This document shows, in pieces, positions 48,065 to 60,760 of a stretch of DNA of 64,000 nt; positions within the stretch are counted from its first letter, which is position 1; every line of letters starts with the position of its first letter. A model generated the notes under the pieces. That model searched no databases. It had not been told where the DNA came from and was given only the letters and a program-made list of their open reading frames with translations. This stretch comes from Octopus sinensis. Taxonomy: Eukaryota. The position numbers were made by a program, and so were the translations under genes. The stretch lies in NCBI RefSeq assembly GCF_006345805.1, contig NC_043000.1, forward strand, positions 131,936,001 through 132,000,000, in the 5' to 3' direction.

Positions 48065-48290
48065 GGCAGGACCAGGTGGAAAATTTGGAATTTTTGGACA
48101 GAGCCAATCTGGTCAGTTTTGAGACTATGTCATTGAAGAGTCTGCTACTCTGCACTGGACACGTCGACATAGGAGAACCCTGCCGACTCCACCAAATATT
48201 CTATATCTGGTCGGTCAAAATAGAGACAATATAAAAGTCTATATGAAGACCTGTCTGTTCAAAAATGCTAAAATCTTAGGCTTTGTATAG
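48065..48290 (+). mobile_element. Decayed RTE relic copy 2, 3' part
   Basis: QDQVENLEFLDRANLVSFE..LLCTGHV continues the frame broken at 43530. Confidence 0.75.
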
Positions 48291-48436
48291 AACTAATTAT
48301 TGTGTTATGAAAAAAAAAGTCTAAAAAATAAATCTACGTAGAGAATCGTGAATACAGGTGAACCTCTTCAATGTACAAAATTCATATTGGAACAAAAATA
48401 AAAACATTACTAAATTATTTTAAAATCCTACGCATA

Positions 48437-48835
48437 GGCGAAGGAGTGGTGTGGGGTAAGTAGCTTACTTACCAACCACATGGTTCCGGGTTCTGTCCCA
48501 CTACGTGGCACTTTGGGCAAGTGTCTTCTACTATAGCCGCGGGCCGACCAAAGCCTTGTGAGTGGACTTGGTAGACGGAAACTGAAAGAAGACCATCGTA
48601 TATATGTATATATAAATGTATGTGTGTGTATATGTTTGTGTCTGTGTTTGTTCCCCCAACATCGCTTGACAACCGTTGCTGGTGTGTTTACGTACCCGTA
48701 ACTTAGCGGTTCGGCAAAAGAGACCGATAGAATAAGTACTAGGCTTACAAAGAATAAGTCCAAGGGTCGATTTGCTCGACTAAAGGTGGTACTCCAGCAT
48801 GGCCGCAGTCAAATGCCTGAAACAAGTAAAAGAGA
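48437..48835 (+). mobile_element. tRNA-derived octopus-type SINE
   Basis: tRNA-like head GGCGAAGGAGTGG..GGTTCCGGGTTC, body TTGGGCAAGTGTCTTCTACTATAGCC, tail AAACAAGTAAAAGAG. Confidence 0.8.
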
Positions 48836-49593
48836 GTCTATTCTAACACCAAAACACACATACACACGTATACACGCAAACACAGACATTAGTAAAACGT
48901 AACAGCAAACTATTAAACAAGAAAATACAGTCACACAGAAAAAGAAAATACTCGTCTCCAACATAAATCATAAAAGGGACGATTGAATACTAATTAGCAG
49001 TATCAAGAAAAAGATGAACATTTGCTGGACGAGAGGAAGAAGAAACCAAAAATTACGTGTCAGCAGTAACCAAGACGTTGACATCTGAAAGTAGACCAGG
49101 TAGCTGGCATCGCTGAAGAAGACACGAAATGGTGGATAAAAAGATATGCGATCGTGACAAGGCAGCGCTATGCAACGTTATACATAATTTCAGGTCTTTG
49201 TACTATGTGGTGACGGGTTTCTAATAGAAAGCAATTCTTGTCGGTGTCTTTTGATAATCAATGGAATTACTCGAAAGAAGATGCAGAAGGTAGCTGAGTT
49301 TGTGAGTTTGCAACACTGAAAACTCCTTAGACTGATCAAAATATGCGCTAAACGAGATTATAGTATTTTATCATGAACCTGACTGTAGAAGGTTGGTTTT
49401 AGATTTCACCTGCTCATTACTGATCATTCACATTTCAAAATGACCTGTGTGTAGGATTTCTTCTCCTAACATAGTTCTCTGTATAAATGGTACGAGAAGT
49501 GTTATGTATGCGAGGCTACGAAAAGGATAAAAAGGAAAAACATATTTTCTAGATCCATATGATGATTTGGCTCCTGCACTAAAATCAAATGAA

Positions 49594-49681
<88 letters not shown>

Positions 49682-49917
49682 GAGAGAGAGTTTATGAGAG
49701 GTAATGGTGTCACTGAGAGCCAAAGGTGTCAGGTAATGCTGAATAAGAGCTATAGGTAGACCATAGTTAAATTCCAGGTTCGGTGATTATGCGAATAATC
49801 GTAGAGAATCGTGATTACAGGTAAACCTCTTCAATGTACAAAATTCATATTGGAACAAAAATAATGAGATAAAAAAAACCAAGGCTGTGTAGATTTTAGA
49901 ACATTTATAGATAGAAG

Positions 49918-49965
49918 GTCTTACAGCTGTTTCCAGGATATTTATTACGTCCTTTCGTCGGAGAC
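49918..49965 (-). ncRNA. Hammerhead-like motif (CCGACGA core)
   Basis: GTCT-CCGACGA-stem II-GAAAC-AGCT-GTA-AGAC. Confidence 0.45.
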
Positions 49966-49999
49966 GGTGTGAGAGGAGGGCTAACCATCCTCTCACACC

Positions 50000-50047
50000 G
50001 TCTCCGATGAAGGGATATAATAAATATCCTTGAAACAGTTGTAAGAC
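50000..50047 (+). ncRNA. Hammerhead-like motif (CCGATGA core)
   Basis: GTCT-CCGATGA-AGGGATAT/AATAA/ATATCCTT-GAAAC-AGTT-GTA-AGAC. Confidence 0.5.
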
Positions 50048-50121
50048 CTATCTATAAATGTTCTAAAATCTACACAGCCTTTTGTTTTTATCTCATTACA
50101 AAAAAAAAATTATTTATATAT

Positions 50122-50520
50122 TGGCTGTGTGGTAAGTAGCTTGCTAACTAACGACATCGTTCCGGGTTCAGTCCCACTGCGTGGCATCTTGGGCAAGTGT
50201 CTTCTGCTATAGCCCCGGGCCGACCAATGCTTTGTGAGTGGATTTGGTAGACGGAAACTGAAAGAAGCCTGTCGTATATATGTATATATATGTATATATA
50301 TATGTATATGTGTGTGTGTTTGTGTGTCTGTGTTTGTCCCCCTAGCATTGCTTGACAACCGATGCTGGTGTGTTTACGTCCCCGTCACTTAGCTGTTCGG
50401 CAAAAGAGACCGATAGAATAAGTACTGGGCTTACAAAGAATAAGTCCTGGGGTCGATTTGCTCGACTAAAGGCGGTGCTCCAGCATGGCCGCAGTCAAAT
50501 GACTGAAACAAGTAAAAGAG
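50122..50520 (+). mobile_element. Same SINE family as 48437, 5' clipped
   Basis: Colinear with 48445-48835. Confidence 0.8.
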
Positions 50521-51239
50521 TATATATATATATAAAGTGAGAGAGGGGGGGGAGAAAGTGTCCTTCATGTACAGAATCGGAAAATCAGAGACGAAAAGTA
50601 TAGCGACACCTTAATGGCATAGCTGACAAATTACCCGCTAGTTAGTTGTGGTGTATTCTGGAAAATACGTTCAGTGTAAAAGGAAAATATCTCTCGCAAG
50701 ATACGCTCAACACGAACCATTTATAGACAGAATACTAGTGTAGACCACAGATAATAATCGGTTTAGTAGCTGACAATTCCGAGTTAAAAATTTATCATGG
50801 TTGACTTATTTTGAATATCTATTCTGAAGCAACCCTCATGTAGTTAGGTGATTTTTTTGTTCAATTCATTCTCCATACGTCATCAGTATATTTGAATGAT
50901 CAGAGAGCAATACATCTGAGCCAGGTACTGGCTATATAAAGCGGAACTTAAACGTTCTCTTCCTCTCTTTCTCTGGAATCAAAAACGGACTGAGCAAGCT
51001 GTTTTCCTTTCAATCAGAAGTCAACCAGAGCATAAACAGTCTTTTTTACTTTCGTGCAACTTTTCTCTCTTAATTACAAAACGTGATTTTTCTGTTTCTC
51101 TATTCCGCCAGATCACGTAAGTTGATTTCACTTACTTTTTAACTGGGAAATAATTTCTTTTCACACCCTTCATGTAACACACACACACACACATACACAC
51201 GCACACTCACACACACACACACTCATTCTCTTTATCTCC

Positions 51240-51277
<38 letters not shown>

Positions 51278-51972
51278 GTCACACACACACAAACTTTGAT
51301 TCAGGAATACATATATAACACAATCTCTACAACACATTTAACTGGAATTATGCATTTTATTAATGTTCTATTGGAAATAGATACCGAGGAGACGAAATCA
51401 CGCCGAAACATTGTGTATGGTAATCTGGTGACGTCACTTGGCCTTTGGTGTACATTTATACACAAAATCTATCTTGAGAAATTTATTTCCCGTGGCAAAA
51501 CCCGTGGTGAATGTCATTCATACTTTAGTTTGCAGGAACCTGCGCTTGATTGACCATTCAGGAACAAAAGCACATGCTTAGGGCATCAAGGAAAGGCGGG
51601 GTGCCACAGAAATGGTAAATGGTTTGTGGCACAAAAGGAATCACTTTAAACTTGCTAAAATAATATTCGAAGTGGTTTATAAAATTCGAATATAATTTCG
51701 AAGTGTTGATGGCATTATAGTGAGGGATCTGATCAAAGACTCTGCAATAAAAAATTAGAAAACATTTCAAATATAAATAGTTGAAAATATGCAAAAATAA
51801 ACATTATTTTGCATTTTATTGTTTTGCTTTATTTTGAAAAGTAAAATATTTATTTTGTGATTTATTATTTTCTATATTTTGAATTACATATATACGAGGG
51901 CAAGAAAACCTTATAAATGCCTTGGGCACTTCTGGGTCTTAATCCGACCGTGGCAGGAACGTTATATATATT

Positions 51973-52049
<77 letters not shown>

Positions 52050-52060
52050 TATATATAATA

Positions 52061-52248
52061 TTATAACGATCATGCATACGAACCAGGTTTCATAACTCAA
52101 AGTTCCGTGCAGGCCTGATATTCATGCAGTGATCCTTATCTGGATCTCCAGTTGTATCTGTTTGGATTTTTGGAGATCTGAATAGGCACGTCTGGCTCCT
52201 GCGAAACTGTGAGTTATGCAACCTATTTTGATTGTATGATCGTTATAA
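52061..52248. repeat. Imperfect inverted repeat (MITE-like relic)
   Basis: TTATAACGATCAT..CATAACTCA / TGAGTTATG..ATGATCGTTATAA. Confidence 0.5.
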
Positions 52249-52555
52249 AACTCTACTTCCTCTATATTTCATATAGTTGAGCGCACTTTTCTTTTGCTAT
52301 GAACCACACCCGACCACTGTGTGTGTGTATGTGTGTGCGTGCGTGCATATGTAAGTATTGTTATGTGTATTTACATGCAATTTGTACACTAAGACATCTC
52401 AACATTGCGTATAAGATGTTAAAAAGAAAAGATTTTGCTAAATAACTGTATCGTCAAACTATCTGATAAAGCCGATAATCGGCGAAACTTCGGAGTTACT
52501 GTCAGCTTTTTCTGTGGGCATGTATATGAACATATTATAGACTGACAGACAAGCA

Positions 52556-52677
<122 letters not shown>

Positions 52678-53764
52678 TTATTGTCAATTGATTTTGTGAA
52701 ATCAATGTTATCGTTCGATGTTAACGAATGCAGGTACTGTGCCCGGATAGATTACTATCTATAGGGGTAAGACTTATCTACACCCTTAGATGGTCATGTA
52801 ACCAGTCTGTCAACAGCTGCAAAGTTTTCCCACTCCTCAGTTGTCAAAACAATGCGCCTGCGAGAGCCTTGAAACGAAGGTAAGCGCCCTACAAGCTATG
52901 TCAGCAATTCGTTTATTTAATCGGTTGAAACTAACCCATTACAATGAATTATGTTGCCAATATCATTTAAAAAGGTATATACTTTGCACAAATTTAATCT
53001 TCCTCCATAGGAACTAATGAAATTAATATTATTTAAAGAAGTTGTCCATATCCTTTATTTTCATATTGTTTTATCTATCTTTAAATGTTATATTTTTTAT
53101 CTATATATAGTGTGCAAAAACTTATAAAATACCGTAATTTTTCAATTAATATAACATATCTCAAAATTATTTGGTGATCTTTGAAGAATAAGTTAGTGAC
53201 AGTTCAGCTTCGAGTTACATTGTCTCTTTGTTTCATATATTACCGCCAATTTCCTCAGCATACATACAATGAATTGCCAGTTTATTGTGCTTAATTTCCA
53301 CTAAATGGATTGGGTTTTCAAAAGAATGACTTTTTCTTCTTTTGTGCTTGTAGAGGAAAATAAATATCATATTCCTAATTTCTGCTCCCTGGTAGCTGTA
53401 AAGTTTCAGTTTCAGTTTAAGAATTTCTATTTATATACAGTGAAGCAATTTCTGCAGGGGTATGAGACTGATAATTTTTCTTTACACTTAAATTGTAATA
53501 TTCTATTATGTAATTCCATTTACATCTAAGATACATTACAGGAAGATAAATAGACCGAGTATTTAATGGTTCTTTATTTTATCGATCAGGAAAGTTGGCT
53601 GATTCTTTAATACAGTTAGTGGTCCATGTTCCCTTTGTCAAACTGCCGTTGGTATCATTTAATTTGGCGGCCGGCGACCTGTGGCTAAACAACACGGTCA
53701 ATAATTTAAATGGTGGTAGCTTTCTAAGGGACCAGGCCAACCTTTCTAAAATGGAGTTAGTCTC

Positions 53765-53765
<1 letters not shown>

Positions 53766-53795
<30 letters not shown>

Positions 53796-54330
53796 TGTAT
53801 GTATGTATGTATGTATGTATGTATGTATGTATGTATGTATGTATGTATGTATGTATGTATGTGTGTATGTATGTGTGTGTGTATGTATGTATGTATGTAT
53901 GTATGTATGTATGATGTATGTATGTATGTGTGTGTATGTATGTGTGTATGTGTATGTATGTATGTATGTATGTATGTATGATGTATGTATGTATGTGTGT
54001 GTATGTATGTATGTGTGTGTGTTTATGTATGATGTATGTATGTATGTGTGTGTATGTATGTGTATGTATGTATGTATGTATGTATATATGTATGTATGTA
54101 TATGTATGATGTATGTATGTATGTTTATGTGCAGATTTGTATGTATGTATGTATGTATGTGTGTATGTATGTATGTGTATGTATGTGTGTATGTATGTAT
54201 GTATGTATGTATGTATGTATGTATGTATGATGTATGTATGCATGTATGTATGATGTATGTATGTATGTATGTACGTATGTATGTGTATGTGTATGCGCGT
54301 GCGTGTGTGTGTATACACACACACACACAC
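53766..54330. repeat. (TATG)n compound microsatellite
   Basis: Direct reading. Confidence 0.95.
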
Positions 54331-55723
54331 AAACTTGGTGACGCAAACAGGAACATAGATATCAAAACATTACTATATATACGTTGTTGTTGGATCTTTT
54401 TTTATTAATAATTGGCAGAAGTTAGAGGGATACACGGGCCGAGAGTTTCGTCTTTTATATGTGTGTGTATATGACAGTGCGGGTAGTTATTTTTTTTTTT
54501 TTTGTAATTCAAAGAGATAAAAGTAAAATTTACAAACAAAAAAAACATACAAAAATGGACAACATAAAGAAATATATCCTTATTGTAGAATTTCTTTTTT
54601 TTTTTTTATTAATGTATATTAATTCGTTTTACTGTTTATTTTGCATAGATTTTTGCATTTGTTTCTCTTTGAATTAGTTGAGAGGTAAGTATTAACTGCT
54701 GTGCATGTAATTCCAGGTTACTGACCGTCAAAGCTGCAGCGTGGCAAAGTGAAAGTAGGAAAAAAAACTATATTTAATATATACACATGTGCGTACGCTG
54801 GTACATCCATACAAACACACTGTGTCTGTTTGATTATATATATATATATTTAAACTTAAGCATTTGGTCGCAGCTCCAGTTTTACGCTCTGTGATCTGTG
54901 TGTATGTGTGTAAACTTCACAATTTATGTCAGATGTTATTGTTTCTGAATACGTCTGTCATGTTCGCCGAATCTTACTACACAATCTTAAGACCACACAC
55001 ACACACATACACACACACGCACACACACACACACACACATACACACACGCGTATTTAATAAACAATGTTCGTTTTTGTCGTAACAGTGTCGCTTGCGAAC
55101 TCAACACAAACAGCTGTTCAACGTAAATTTATTGCCATACGTATAAATTGTCAGAGAAGTGGGAGAAAAATAACATAGTGTTCAAATGTGTATTTTTGAT
55201 GCGGTTATAACTAAAATTTATTTAGAAATGTATATTATCAATAACTTTCACAAATATGAATTAAAATTAATTAATCAGCCTTAACTGTGCCGCTTATATC
55301 CACCAGCAATGTAAGGCTCGATACGAAATAGAAAGTTTCGACTGTGAACACTATGTCTTTGTTTTCCCATTCAACAAAGAAGGAATCGCCTTATTTTATT
55401 CCGAAAGTACGGTATCGTTTCTTTCTTCTGTCCCTTTTATTTTATATATTTCGAAAGGTATTCTCCTACGTCTAACGATATCAAATATTGTTGTTTGGCA
55501 AAACTATCGCATAGTCCTTCATTTAGTTTTTCTTTCCCGGTCAATAAAATTGTTATTTCATTAAATAAATGGCTATTACTTTATTTTATTTATATATTCT
55601 TCGTTTCTTTTTTTTCTTACAGATGACTACTTCAAGCAGATCTTAAAGAATTACTCATACACTAAGCTGACCACAATCCCAAATTTTCTACTGCTAAACT
55701 ACACAAACCTGATCTCCTCAACA

Positions 55724-55928
55724 ATGTCTAATAATTTACTTATATGGTTGGCTGTCGCCCCAATCGTCGCCTTCATCATCCTTTACATTTTGTTTAATTA
55801 TATTATTAGCGGACGCAAATGTGTGTGCATCGTTGTCTTGGCTGATATAGGAAGAAGTCCACGAATGCAGTATCATGCGTTGTCTTTTGCAAAGGAAGGT
55901 TTTGCTGTTGATCTTATCGGATATGGAG
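55724..55928 (+). CDS. ALG1: Chitobiosyldiphosphodolichol beta-1,4-mannosyltransferase, coding exon 1
   Basis: N-terminal hydrophobic anchor then [27 protein letters not shown]; donor G|GTTAGT. Confidence 0.95.
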
Positions 55929-56916
55929 GTTAGTTCTTTCAACATAGGCATTAATGTATGTGTGTGTGTGTGTATATATGTATATATATATTACATGTCT
56001 GTGTATGATGCACGAGTTTTTAATTTGTATTTGTGTGATGTGAGCGTTTGTTGTGTCATTACACTTTTTTCCCCCTATTTTCATGGTAGTAGTGTTTGAC
56101 CAAAACAGTTTCTCTTGCCCTCAAGTATTTCACAGACTCGTCATGTGGTCAAGTCTGAGATATTTCCCCTTTAACATGGAATATTGTTTTTAAAAAATGC
56201 CAATCAGTTAATTTCAAACGGTTAAGACTCTAAATTTGAAAAATTCAATGAACAGTATTTTAAAATATTATTTTATCCAAACAATTTATTCAGAAAATAA
56301 GATTGGACTGTGTATCATATAAAAGGTAAATTATGTTTCAGGGGGAATTTTTTTTTTTTTTTTTTTTGAAGAAATAAGTGTATTTGAAAGATGAGGAAGT
56401 GTCTTCCAACACATTTTTCATCTCTTTAAAGAAGGAACCTGACCGAAACCTGAGATTCCCCTCTGCTCCATGCAATGAAACTTATACTGTTTTACAAATT
56501 TTATCAACTTTAATCCTAACGTTTCTATGACTTTATTTATTTATTTTATCCTTATTCAAATTGATATTGCATACCCATCAAATTATGCCTATATCTTAAT
56601 ACAGTCTTTGTAATGCTTCGATCTTTCATAGTCTATGTCATTATGCAGAACTAGTATTTTTGTATCAACGTCTGTGTTTTTACGTGGTCGCTTGAGCTGC
56701 GAGAAATGTCAGCCAAATCCCCATCATGCCAATGATTAAACAAAATGGAGCACACATTGGATAGTTTAGCTCTTGCATTTACTGATGAGGTAGGCACAGG
56801 TGGAACGCCTTTGACTTAATGACAACTGAGTATCGTATGAGTTACTCTCTTTCTTTAGTTACTTTTATTTTGTTCTTACTTCCTTTAAATATAAAATCGT
56901 ATGCAATCACTGTGAA

Positions 56917-57205
56917 GGCGCATGGCTCGGTGGTTATAGCTTACGATCGTGCGGTTGTGAGTTCGATTCCCGGACCGGGCTGTGTTGTCTTGAGTAAGAC
57001 ACTTTATTTCATGTTGCTCCTGTTAACTCAGCTGTAGAAATGAGTTGCGACATCATTGGTGCCATCAGTGGTGTGGAGAGGGGAAGCTGGTATGCTTGGG
57101 CGACTGCTATCCTTCCACAAACAATCTTGCCCTGACTTGTACCTCGGAGGGTAACTTCCTAGGTGCAATCCCATGGTCATTCATGGTCTAAGGGGGTCTC
57201 CTCCT
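56917..57205 (+). mobile_element. Second tRNA-derived SINE family (ALG1 intron 1)
   Basis: Box A TGGCTCGGTGG, box B GTTCGATTCC, body GTCTTGAGTAAGACAC. Confidence 0.7.
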
Positions 57206-58123
57206 CATACAATCACTATTCTGAAAAAAAAGAATATATCTGCAATCTTCAGATTTGGATTTATTTTCTCTTTTATGTTACTTGAGAGAAATAGTAATAG
57301 TGCATAATTTTCTAGCTCCAACATAGACATTGAAAGCCATCATGGTAATTCTAATGAGAAGAAAGATATGAAAGCCAACATACTTACTGACTGCTAAAAA
57401 CTTATGCTCTGTACAAATGCTAGGTCTGACAATTTCTGATACTTTTCAAGGCATTCTCTCTTCACATTATCAAATCTATGTTCAATGTTAAAGAAATAAT
57501 TAAAAAGATAAGTCAAATATTAGGAATGATGACACATTCCTTTACCTTCTTAAATGCAAAAAAAAAAAAAAAAAATCGAAGATTCAATATAAAAGATTAT
57601 GTGTGACCCCACTTAGAGTATGCAGCTATAGAAGGATAATATAAGCTATTGATAAAGTTCAGAGATGAGCATGAAAAAGATGAATGAATATTTGATGGTA
57701 AGTGATGGTAAAAAAAGCACTAAATGGTGGATAGGGAATCTCAAAACTGGATTCAACAGGTGTGTCACAAAGAGAATGTTTCCTCTTCAGAACCAGAAAA
57801 TGTCACCATTAAATATGTAGTTGATTGAAATGAGTAAAAGACAGAAGAGAAAAAACCACTGAGCACAATTAGCCTCTGTTTGATTAAATTTATCTTGCCC
57901 ACTTTTTTTTTCATTTTCTCAAAACACGAGGAAGGAGCATTTGTAAAACCATTCAATGAAAGGGTCACTGAGCTATGAAAGATTGATAACTATTGTTTTA
58001 AATTATATGTTTTCTACATTATATCCAAAGAAAACTTGTCCGTCTACAGGCTAGCCTTCATTTAACAATGCTCCATCACTGTCAACATAAGTTAGCAACA
58101 AATATGCTCGTCTTCTCTTTCAG

Positions 58124-58204
58124 GTTCATCACCCCTGCAAGATTTAACCAAAAATGAACAAGTTAACATATACTTTCTGCCCGAAGTTCCATCAATAACT
58201 ACCT
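58124..58204 (+). CDS. ALG1: ALG1 coding exon 2
   Basis: tttcag|GSSPLQDLTKNEQVNIYFLPEVPSITT|gtgagt; phase 1 to 1. Confidence 0.88.
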
Positions 58205-58627
58205 GTGAGTAAACAAGTTTCTTATCATGACTGCTCTTGAAATTATTTGTGTACGTGTTTTACTTTCCAGCAGCTTAAAACAGTATTTCATGTACATATG
58301 TATCATTGCATTTGTTTTTTCTTATGTATCTATATATGTTTGTGTGTGTATACTTGATTCTGTATGTGTGTGTGTATGTATGTCTGTATGAGATAGAATT
58401 TATATACATGTATGTATATGCAAGAGACAGTTTTTGTATTTTTACATGTATGTACTCTGTTCATAAAAATAAACATTGTTAGGAAATATTTAAGCTCAGC
58501 CTAAATATATCAGCTGTTTGATATTGACAACTAGATAGACAGTTCTGTAAATTCAGTTTGTGTGGCTTTTTATCAAAAGTCACTTATGAAATATAAACCT
58601 AAATCAAAATATTGGCTTCAAATTTTG

Positions 58628-58815
58628 ACACAAGGCCAGCAATTTCGAGGTAGGTACTAAATTGATTACATCAACCCCAGTGCCCAACTGGTTCTTAATT
58701 TATCAACCACAAAAGGATTAAGGCAAAATCAAACTCTGTTGAATTTAAACCAAGAACATAAGGACAGACAAAATGCTGCTAAGCATTTCACCCAGTGTAC
58801 TAACCATTCTGCTAG
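58628..58815. mobile_element. Degenerate copy of the repeat at 37372
   Basis: GATTACATCAACCCCAGTG..AACTGG..AAAAGGAT..GGCAAA. Confidence 0.6.
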
Positions 58816-59053
58816 CTTACCACTTTAACCTAAATCAAAACATTGAAATAAATATATTAATTTACTGGTGGGGGTAATCTATTTTCTTTGATTTGTTTTG
58901 TTTACTTCTTTAATAGCAACAATGAACTGATGATATATCTTGTATGAAGTAGTTCTGTCCACATTGGTGATCTCACAGACATCATTCCTTAACCCACTTG
59001 ATACCAATCTGCCTGAAACCACCCTTGATTCTATGTTACAAACTTTGTTTTAA

Positions 59054-59477
59054 CCCTTTAGCATTCAGATTACTCAGTCTTATTTGATAAGATTGTTTTG
59101 AATTAATCATTTATTATCTCATAGCTTTGAGATTTGATAATATGGTAGTTTAATTTTAGGATGACATTGTAAGGTTGATATGAATGGCTTAATCAGGCCA
59201 GTTTAACCCTTTCGTTACCAAACCGGCTCTGACTCTGAGTACAAATGTCTTGTTTTCAAAAGTTCCAAATTGAAATCTTCCACCAAACCTTAGTCACAAT
59301 TTATGTTCCTAACACAAGCTTAATGATAACTTAGTTATTTTTCTAAATTCTTTGTTATATTTAAAAGTAATTGAAAGAAACACAAAGCATCTCAAAATAA
59401 ATACAGTAACGAAAGGGTTAAACAATAAAACAGGTTGATTGTTTTGGCTGGATTTGGCCAGTTTAAATGCTAAAGGG
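59054..59477. mobile_element. piggyBac-like MITE containing a nested MITE
   Basis: TTAA|CCCTTTAGCATT..AATGCTAAAGGG|TTAG. Confidence 0.7.
59207..59417. mobile_element. Nested piggyBac-like MITE
   Basis: TTAA|CCCTTTCGTTAC..GTAACGAAAGGG|TTAA. Confidence 0.8.
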
Positions 59478-59520
59478 TTAGTGATCTAAATACAAACTTT
59501 GCATCAAAATTTCATGTTAA

Positions 59521-59740
59521 CCCTTTAGCATTTAAACTGTCCATATCTGGCCCAAATATTCTATTTGTTTTATGTCTGAACAAGTCAGTTCTGTCCTCTC
59601 ACACCTACCCTACAATGTCATTCTAAAAGTATACAATCACATCATTGAAACTTTGTGGATGTAAGATGATACAGGATTAATTAAAAACAATGTGAATGAA
59701 TAAGTATTACATTTCACAGAATAATCTGAATACTAAAGGG
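59521..59740. mobile_element. piggyBac-like MITE, same family as 59054, opposite orientation
   Basis: TTAA|CCCTTTAGCATT..AATACTAAAGGG|TTAA. Confidence 0.78.
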
Positions 59741-60656
59741 TTAATTTATGTTCCAAACAACAGCTTAATTATGACAAAGTTATTTTCTAAAAATTCTCCA
59801 GAATTTATTGAAATAAAGCATTGTATTTCAGCAGAAATATGGTAACATTATCACCAACTATGACTTACGACTTCAGCTCTATGTCAAATGATGCAACATG
59901 AGTTGATAAGGAAGTCTGTATGGTTAGCCATCCTATTAAAAATAGCAACCAAATTTCCTCAGGTTATACTCAACCATCTTAGAAAAGATAATGTGATCTG
60001 GGTTCTCAGGATGTGGGAAAAAAATGTGATGGTCATAGCTAGAATGCCTTTTATCATGGTTCTTCTCAATTATAGCTGATCTGTTGCTAAACAACAGCAA
60101 AAAACTAATGATGGATTCTTTATATGTTCACTTGACCTGCTATACATAACAGCCAACTCTTGCTCACATGACACTTGTACCATCTTAAAATAGGATGCAT
60201 ATCTAAGACAGTGTGTAATTTTGCTCTACCAAAAGATAGACTGGTCACAGTTGAAAGCTTTTAGTTACATTTCTGCCTGATTAAAGCTGTTTAGCATGAG
60301 ATCAACCTTGATCAAAAGCATTCTAGCTATGACTAATACCTTTTCTCTTAGCTCAGGACACCCCAGACCAATTTTGTGCAATGTACTAGTCTTTCCTGGG
60401 GCAGTGTGGTTTGATTTGAATGAGATTTGGCTGCTATTTCCAGCAGATCAAATGGTCACGTCAAGGCACTCTCACTGGCTTCTTTGATGTTTGCATTAGT
60501 GGTGAAATGCAAAGCATATAATTAGCAGATTGAAATGCTGGAACATCATGAAGAACAACAGTAATAAAATATAATCACACTTTACTTAAAATAGCTTCAC
60601 CAATTTATATTCTACACACCTTGTTTAATGTTTATCTAATTTAATTTTTTTTCAAG

Positions 60657-60760
60657 TGTTACCACGGCTGTTGTGTTATGCTACCAAGGTGATTTGGCAG
60701 ACTACATCATTGTGTGTCACACTGCTTCTCACACCAAAATCATCTCATATCTTATTACAG
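60657..60760 (+). CDS. ALG1: ALG1 coding exon 3
   Basis: LPRLLCYATKVIWQ..HILLQ|gtaaat; 104 nt, phase 1 to 0. Confidence 0.9.

Larger units (their letters stand above)
49862..50098. repeat. 237-bp hairpin (inverted Penelope-type terminal repeats)
   Basis: 49862-49977 is the reverse complement of 49988-50098 with scattered mismatches. Confidence 0.85.

Noticed and set aside
48437-48510. tRNA genes at 48437, 50122 and 56917
   Set aside because: tRNA-like heads continue into SINE bodies and do not fold into a full cloverleaf
52463-52500. Further hammerhead CTGATAAA-GCCGA/TCGGC-GAAAC
   Set aside because: G8 is mutated and stem I cannot pair; at most a dead relic
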